DNA from: an uncultured delta proteobacterium
Lineage (GTDB): Bacteria > Desulfobacterota > Binatia > UBA9968
DNA length: 22,022 bases
Assembly (NCBI GenBank): GCA_963840855.1
Contig: CAWJBB010000037.1
Coordinates: forward strand, 1 to 22,022
Direction: 5' to 3'
Shown here: in pieces, positions 17,045 to 22,022 of the stretch
How positions within the stretch are numbered: position 1 is the first letter of the stretch
Layout: each line of letters begins with the position of its first letter
Position numbers and translations under genes: made by a program
The notes under the pieces: model-generated
What the model saw: the letters and a program-made list of their open reading frames with translations, nothing else
Told to the model about the DNA's origin: nothing
The model's database searches: none

Positions 17045-18017
17045 GCCATTTTACCCGCTTGTTGATTTCACGGTTTACCGCGCTCTCAAGTAAAGTTTCT
17101 TGGGCGCGCTGTTTGATCTCGGGATCTTCCGCTGCGGGTATGATCTTATCCTCGACTAGAAAAAGGCCGAATGCTTTGTCCCAGTTGAGCGGACCTACGA
17201 GCGCGCCTTTCTCGGCGGACAGAAAACGATCCCTCAGAGACGGCTCTACCTCGTCCAAGTACAGGGTCGCGTTTTGTAGCGCGATGCTTGCGTTTGCCGC
17301 AACCTCATCGAGTTGCATGCCGTCGTCGCGCGCACAAAGGGCCGCCTCGCGGGCCATTTGTTCCTGAGAAAACAAAACATAACGGCAACCGACCCGGACC
17401 CAGTCTAGGCGGTGAGAGTTAACCTGATTTTTGATGCCTTGCTCATCCACCACGTGGTCGCAGAAGCGCTGGTAACTCGTCTCCAGGCGGCGAATTCTGG
17501 CGGTTGCTTCTGCGCTTTTGGGCTCGTCCCTTACCCATCCTGCTTCCAGGGCCTTCTCATACGCCGATGCCCGCGCTGCGAGCGCTCGAGCGAAGCGCGC
17601 TAGATGACCCGAGCAGATCGCCTCCGCATGGAGGCTATTGTGGATCTCCTTTTTCGTGACCCGATAACGAGCCACGATCTCCACCAATTGATCCGCCCAC
17701 TTCCGTCGGAGTATGAAGCGCTGAAGATATTCCATCCAGGAGTCGGCGCTGAGATGCCACCGATTTAGCCATGCCTCTGTCTCTTCGGCTGTCAGAAGAT
17801 CACGCTCGTAACGAAAATCGCTCGCCGCTGACTCTAGCGCTTCAGGGTCGAATTCCTCCTCCGCTTCATCCAGCCGCTTGAGACAGGCGATACCTTGGCG
17901 CAGTTCCTTTTCCAAATCGGCCCAATCACCCCAGCGCCGGGCGGATAGGATCACGTCGTCCCAATAATATTGCTGACGCCCGACGGAAAAAACCAGCTGC
18001 CCTAGAAGCGAGTTCAT
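17031..18017 (-). CDS. PpiC/PrsA(parvulin)-like chaperone of the kind found beside cyanobacterial-type peptidase transporters
   Basis: EALESAASDFRYERDLLTAEETEAWL..W.LS N-domain; C-terminal parvulin-like pattern A.EAAL....DG..L.EVA...LSAEKGALVGP...F.LFLVEDK; overlaps the transporter start by 14 nt; ATG 18017 preferred but start uncertain. Confidence 0.65.
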   Translation of the reverse strand: MNSLLGQLVFSVGRQQYYWDDVILSARRWGDWADLEKELRQGIACLKRLDEAEEEFDPEALESAASDFRYERDLLTAEETEAWLNRWHLSADSWMEYLQRFILRRKWADQLVEIVARYRVTKKEIHNSLHAEAICSGHLARFARALAARASAYEKALEAGWVRDEPKSAEATARIRRLETSYQRFCDHVVDEQGIKNQVNSHRLDWVRVGCRYVLFSQEQMAREAALCARDDGMQLDEVAANASIALQNATLYLDEVEPSLRDRFLSAEKGALVGPLNWDKAFGLFLVEDKIIPAAEDPEIKQRAQETLLESAVNREINKRVKWHARL

Positions 18018-18118
18018 AAACTGAAATAGTGTCTCAGAAATTCGAGGACTAGCGCAATGCCTCCCAATCGTCATTGCCGGACACGACACTGGAATGATGC
18101 TTTCCCTAATACTCCCAG

Positions 18119-19408
18119 TTATCCCGGCGGCCGCAACATCAAGCTAAGCAACGCCGACAGTATCAATATCGCTCCAAAAATCGCGAACGAAAGGCCATAA
18201 CCGCCAGTGACATCGAAGAGAAAGCCAAAGAACGGCGGCCCCGCCGCGGCTAGCATATGAGATATAAACAATCCCATGCCGCGAATTCTTCCGAGCGAGC
18301 GGCGGCCGTAATAACTTGCCCACAGGATATCCGGCAATACCATGTTTCCACCCAAGCCAATGCCATAAAGTAAGAAGCCGGCGTAGAGACAAAAGAGATC
18401 GCCGGTGGCAATCGCCAACCCCAGGCCGACGGCTTGAATAACAAATCTGAGCATAGCGGCGTAGCGCACATCGATTCGTTCGGCAAGAAATCCCCACGCT
18501 AGCGGTGAAGCGAGCTGCATCGACGCTATTACACCCATCACCGATGCGGCCACCACCGCGGAATGACCGAGATCCGTAACATATGAATAAACATGTAAAT
18601 TCAGTCCCGTTACGCCCATGCTGGAAATCCCAAAGGTAATCACGAGCAACCAGAATGCGCTGCTCCGAACCGCGTCAGCGCGGGTCCACGCGGCATCCGA
18701 ATCCGGTCTCGAAGCCAAGTTTTCGGTATTTCTCGACGCAATAGACGACGTGGTAGTGACGGATTCAGAAACGCCGTCTGGGCGCAATCCCATGTCCTCC
18801 GGTGACCGTCTGATGACGAGCAACGCCGGAAGAACCAAGAGAACCATCGTGGTGAGACCGAACACAAACCAGGTTTGGCGCCAGCCGAGGATCACAAGCA
18901 GCCACGCCGCCAAGATCGGCATACAAACCTTGGCAAAGCCGACGCCCATGCTTGAGAACGCCAACGCCCGCCCCCGCTGCCGCACGAACCACTGCGAGAT
19001 GATCACGTTCACGACCATGTAGCCCATCATGCAGTCGCCGAGCGTCACCAGCGTCAAACGAATCGCCGCGAACTGAGCGAATCCATCGATCTGACTGAGG
19101 AGAAGAAAACCGACGCCGGCGATGGCGGTACCACCCGCCATCAACCAACGTCCGCCGTAGCGGTCCACCAAAGTGCCGATGAACGGCGCGAGACAAGCGC
19201 CGATGATCCCTTCGCCGGAACGGAGCAGAGAAAACACCCCGCGGGAAATACCAAGATCGGCGGTCAGAGGTTTGAGAAAAATGCTGAGCGTACTGGCGAG
19301 CGCGAAGGACGAGGCGACGTTGGCGAGAAAGCCCACCCCGACGATGTACCAGCCGTAGAAAAATCTCGACCTCGAGGCGCTGCGAGTGAACTCCGCGGTT
19401 GATTCCAC
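18119..19408 (-). CDS. MFS transporter (OFA/MCT-like)
   Basis: RFFYGWYIV N-terminus, motif A GTLVDRYGGR, WFVRQRGRAL, GFLAERID, YYGRRSLGRIRG; about 12 TM helices. Confidence 0.9.
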   Translation of the reverse strand: MESTAEFTRSASRSRFFYGWYIVGVGFLANVASSFALASTLSIFLKPLTADLGISRGVFSLLRSGEGIIGACLAPFIGTLVDRYGGRWLMAGGTAIAGVGFLLLSQIDGFAQFAAIRLTLVTLGDCMMGYMVVNVIISQWFVRQRGRALAFSSMGVGFAKVCMPILAAWLLVILGWRQTWFVFGLTTMVLLVLPALLVIRRSPEDMGLRPDGVSESVTTTSSIASRNTENLASRPDSDAAWTRADAVRSSAFWLLVITFGISSMGVTGLNLHVYSYVTDLGHSAVVAASVMGVIASMQLASPLAWGFLAERIDVRYAAMLRFVIQAVGLGLAIATGDLFCLYAGFLLYGIGLGGNMVLPDILWASYYGRRSLGRIRGMGLFISHMLAAAGPPFFGFLFDVTGGYGLSFAIFGAILILSALLSLMLRPPG

Positions 19409-19508
19409 ACTAATGGCTTAGCAGGGAATCGCCGCTTCGCGCAACGAGCAGCTCTGATTGCGTCAGGTTCAAGCCGTACAAATCGTTCAAACCCCCTCCT
19501 TTGTCCCC

Positions 19509-19632
19509 TGCGACACCAGACTGTGTCGCAATCCGCGCAAACGCCTCGATGTCATGGTTATGAGCAAAGCGAAGCATCTCGCGTTTTCAAGTGGTTACGA
19601 AGTCGAGATTCTTCGGCGGAGTTTATCCTGAG
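19509..19632. repeat. REP-like palindromic element in the divergent intergenic region
   Basis: TGCGACAC..GTGTCGCA hairpin; TGTGTCGCAATCCGCG (19522-19537) is identical to 62-77; CGGAGTTTATCCTGAG is shared with the element at 13.7 kb. Confidence 0.55.
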
Positions 19633-19834
19633 ACTGCGTGTTGATGGAAGCGGCGCTGTCTCCGTTGGGCCGTTGCAGATCGATCACGGAATGGGGCACC
19701 AGGGGAAGTTCGCGCGCCCGCAACATCGGGCGCCCCTGCATCGAGGAACAACCGATGGTAATCAAACACAGGCAGGAAGGTGAACAATAGTCTCATCACA
19801 GGCGTCTAATCGGATGCTAATGAAAGGATCTGCT

Positions 19835-20554
19835 ATGAAAACCGGGTTCGCCGCATTTTCCCTATTGCTTTTGCTCCCCACCGCCGTTTTCTCGCAGCAG
19901 AACGAGAGAAGCACCAGACCTCCCTCGGTCACCGCAAGCGGTGAAGCGGTCATTACCGCGGAGCCGGATCTGGCGGAGATTGATATCGGCGTGGTCACCC
20001 AGGCGCGCAACGCGCCCGACGCCGCGAAAGAAAACGCGGAAAAAGTCGCGCGCGTTATGGCTGAAGTGAAAAAGCTTCTCGGCAAGGGCGATGAGGTCAA
20101 GACCGCGAGTTATTCGCTCAATCCCAACTATCGCTATCCACAAGGCGGAAAACCGGAGATTACGGGCTATACCGCCACGAATATCCTACGCATCAAGACC
20201 GGCAATCTCGCGGGCGTCGGCCAACTGATCGACGTCTCTATGCAATCGGGCGCCAACGCCATCAATCGGTTGGCGTTCACTCTCAAAGATGAGCACGCCG
20301 CCCAACTGCAAGCGCTGCGCTTGGCTGCGCAGAAAGCCAAGGCCAAGGCCGAAGAACTGGCCACTGCTCTTGGACTCAAAATTATAAAAATTCTCGCGGT
20401 CAACGAAGGCGAGCGCGGCGTGCGCCCGATCACCATGCCGCTGGCCCGCGGCGCGCAGTTCGAAGCCGCGGCCACGGCGCCGACCCCCGTGGAAGCCGGC
20501 ACCATCGAAGTCAGATCGTCGGTGACGCTCACGGGAGAGTTGGGTGCTAAGTAA
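19835..20554 (+). CDS. SIMPL domain (DUF541, YggE/BP26-like) periplasmic protein
   Basis: Signal peptide; V.ASGEA.I.AEPDLAEIDIGV, T.SYSLNPNY, GY.ATN, GAN.I..L.F, A..KAKAKAEELA..LG, P.EAG.IEV...V; ATG 19835 with AAAGGA RBS. Confidence 0.88.
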   Translation: MKTGFAAFSLLLLLPTAVFSQQNERSTRPPSVTASGEAVITAEPDLAEIDIGVVTQARNAPDAAKENAEKVARVMAEVKKLLGKGDEVKTASYSLNPNYRYPQGGKPEITGYTATNILRIKTGNLAGVGQLIDVSMQSGANAINRLAFTLKDEHAAQLQALRLAAQKAKAKAEELATALGLKIIKILAVNEGERGVRPITMPLARGAQFEAAATAPTPVEAGTIEVRSSVTLTGELGAK

Positions 20555-20579
20555 ATCAGGCTCAACGTTACTCGCTCTT

Positions 20580-21468
20580 CTACCCCTCAAACCTCCCCGG
20601 ATCCTTATAATAATTCTTGTAATACCACTCCGCGATTTCGCCGCCGGTGGTGCGCCACACGCCGTCATGGGCGCACATGTAGTCCAGCGCTTTTTCCAAA
20701 TAATTTATCCGAAATGGCATGCCGATGACGAACGGATGAAGCGGCTAGACAGAGCACCCGCCCGCCGGTTTCGCTGTCTTTATACAGCGTGTCGAAGTGG
20801 TCGCAGACCATCCGATAATATTGTTCCGGCGTGTGATTCTCGCGGATAAAGACGCGAATATCGTTCACACCCAGTTCATAAGGTACCACGATCATGCGCC
20901 CGCTCTTCACGCGCATCGGCGTCGGCTGCTCGTCGTTGCCCCAATCGCAGACGTACTCGAACCCCTCGGCCGCCAAGTGATCCGGCGTGTTGGAAGTTTC
21001 GCCTAGACCGGGGCCAAGCCATCCCTTGGGTGCTCTGCCCGTGCCTTGGGTAATGATCTCTTTGACCCTGCGAATGATGCCAAGCTCTTCCTCCGCTGGG
21101 TAGTCGAGCATGGAAACGCTGTTGGTCATGCCGTGGCCGAGCCATTCCCATTTTCGTTTGTTGCCTTCCTCGATGATCGGCGGGTGTTGCTCGCACACTT
21201 CGGCATTCAACAGCACGCTGGCACGGATGCCGAACTTATCGAGCACGTCCATGATCCGGAAAACTCCCACACGCGACCCGTAATCACGCAAGGTATAACC
21301 CGGCACGTCGGGCGTGTGATTGCTGCCCGAGCCCCGGATCGGCATGTCGTAATGAAAATATTCGATGTTCGGCGCCACCCACAGCGCGATGCGGCCATGA
21401 TTGGGCCATTCTATTTTTGGCCGGCGAATAATCGGTGAATAATCGTAGCGGCGGTTTTCCATGCTCAT
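20580..21468 (-). CDS. Polysaccharide deacetylase family protein, PuuE/allantoinase-like (about 295 aa; +1 frameshift at about 20745)
   Basis: YSPI..RP...WPN..RIALWV.PNIE, RDYG.RVGV.R, WEWLGHG, G..PKGWLGPGL, YVCDW.NDEQP. After removing one base the frame continues LHPFVIGMPFRINYLEKALDYM...VW..TGGEIAEWY to TAG at 20580. Confidence 0.85.
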
Positions 21469-21552
21469 TTGAACTCCTAATCTAAGGCGGATGTTTGCGT
21501 CTTACCCTTACGCCAGGCGCCCAAGCCGCGTCAACAGGAAGCAAGAATTCCC

Positions 21553-21582
21553 TTGACACTTTGTCGTGCCCTTTGCTAAAGG
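21553..21582 (+). promoter_or_regulatory. Candidate sigma70 promoter for the DUF4212 operon
   Basis: TTGACA-N18-TAAAGG with an extended -10 TG. Confidence 0.45.
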
Positions 21583-21758
21583 GGTGCAACGACCCCCGCT
21601 TTCGGTCGGTAGTTCTCCACACTGTCCCGGGGGCAATGCGTTCCATTCCTCGGTCAGCGCTCGAAGATCAGTAACAGCATCCGAGCGTAAATCGAGAACA
21701 GAGCTTAAGACGACGGTTGGCTCAGCGAAGGTTGCAATTTTGCATCGAGGGGGTGCTC

Positions 21759-22022
21759 ATGGCCGATCTCACCGAAGAGCAAAAGAAGTCGTACTGGCAT
21801 TACAACATCACTTTGACGACGATCCTGCTGATTGTCTGGTTTGTCGTCACCTATCTGATTTCGGGCCTTTGGGCCGGCTGGTTAAATCAATTTTCTTTCT
21901 TAGGATTTCCTCTGGGCTACTACATGGCGGCACAGGGATCGCTGGCGATCTTCGTTCTCGAGATCGCTATCTATGCATATCTGATGAACAAACATGATCT
22001 CAAGTACGGCATCCGAGAGGAG
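21759..22022 (+). CDS. DUF4212 small subunit of a sodium:solute symporter (runs off the window end; absent from the ORF track)
   Basis: Hand translation MADLTEEQKKSYWHYNITLTTILLIVWFVVTYLISGLWAGWLNQFSFLGFPLGYYMAAQGSLAIFVLEIAIYAYLMNKHDLKYGIREE; GFPLGYYMAAQGS signature; GAGGGGG RBS. Confidence 0.88.
   Translation, partial: MADLTEEQKKSYWHYNITLTTILLIVWFVVTYLISGLWAGWLNQFSFLGFPLGYYMAAQGSLAIFVLEIAIYAYLMNKHDLKYGIREE

Noticed and set aside
18119-19408. MFS transporter as an immunity or export member of the peptide cassette
   Set aside because: Generic MFS separated by about 100 bp containing a repeat remnant; nothing beyond co-orientation links it.
21566-21997. 143-aa ORF from the track
   Set aside because: It overlaps the recognisable DUF4212 gene in a different frame.

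Overview
GC-rich bacterial window; the gene content and intergenic repeat style suggest an uncultured deltaproteobacterium-like lineage such as Binatia, but this is inference only. (1) 176-6268 (-) is a respiratory operon: hypothetical membrane protein, Tat-exported Rieske protein, split b6-type cytochrome b with the heme ci Cys plus subunit IV, a 55-aa membrane protein, a coiled-coil-stalked octaheme cytochrome c and a cupredoxin-like protein, ending in an intrinsic terminator. (2) 6333-9896 holds ispF, a DUF3750 protein, an orphan ABC ATPase and a LigJ-like amidohydrolase. (3) About 10200-18020 (-) is the most unusual part, an apparent sigma54-controlled peptide export/signalling cassette. 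In order: PpiC/PrsA-like chaperone, C39 peptidase ABC transporter with two cNMP-binding domains, hairpin-less mini-HlyD, sensor-less sigma54 activator, a complete UAS-IHF-(-24/-12) promoter, a stand-alone DHp-like protein, a sensor-less histidine kinase, and an unannotated 56-aa double-glycine-leader peptide (DLAPRKDVKGG) missed by the ORF track. (4) 18119-22022 holds an MFS transporter, a SIMPL protein, a PuuE-like deacetylase and a DUF4212 protein. Three genes carry single-base +1 frameshifts, most likely sequencing errors. All calls come from reading motifs by eye; no searches were run.
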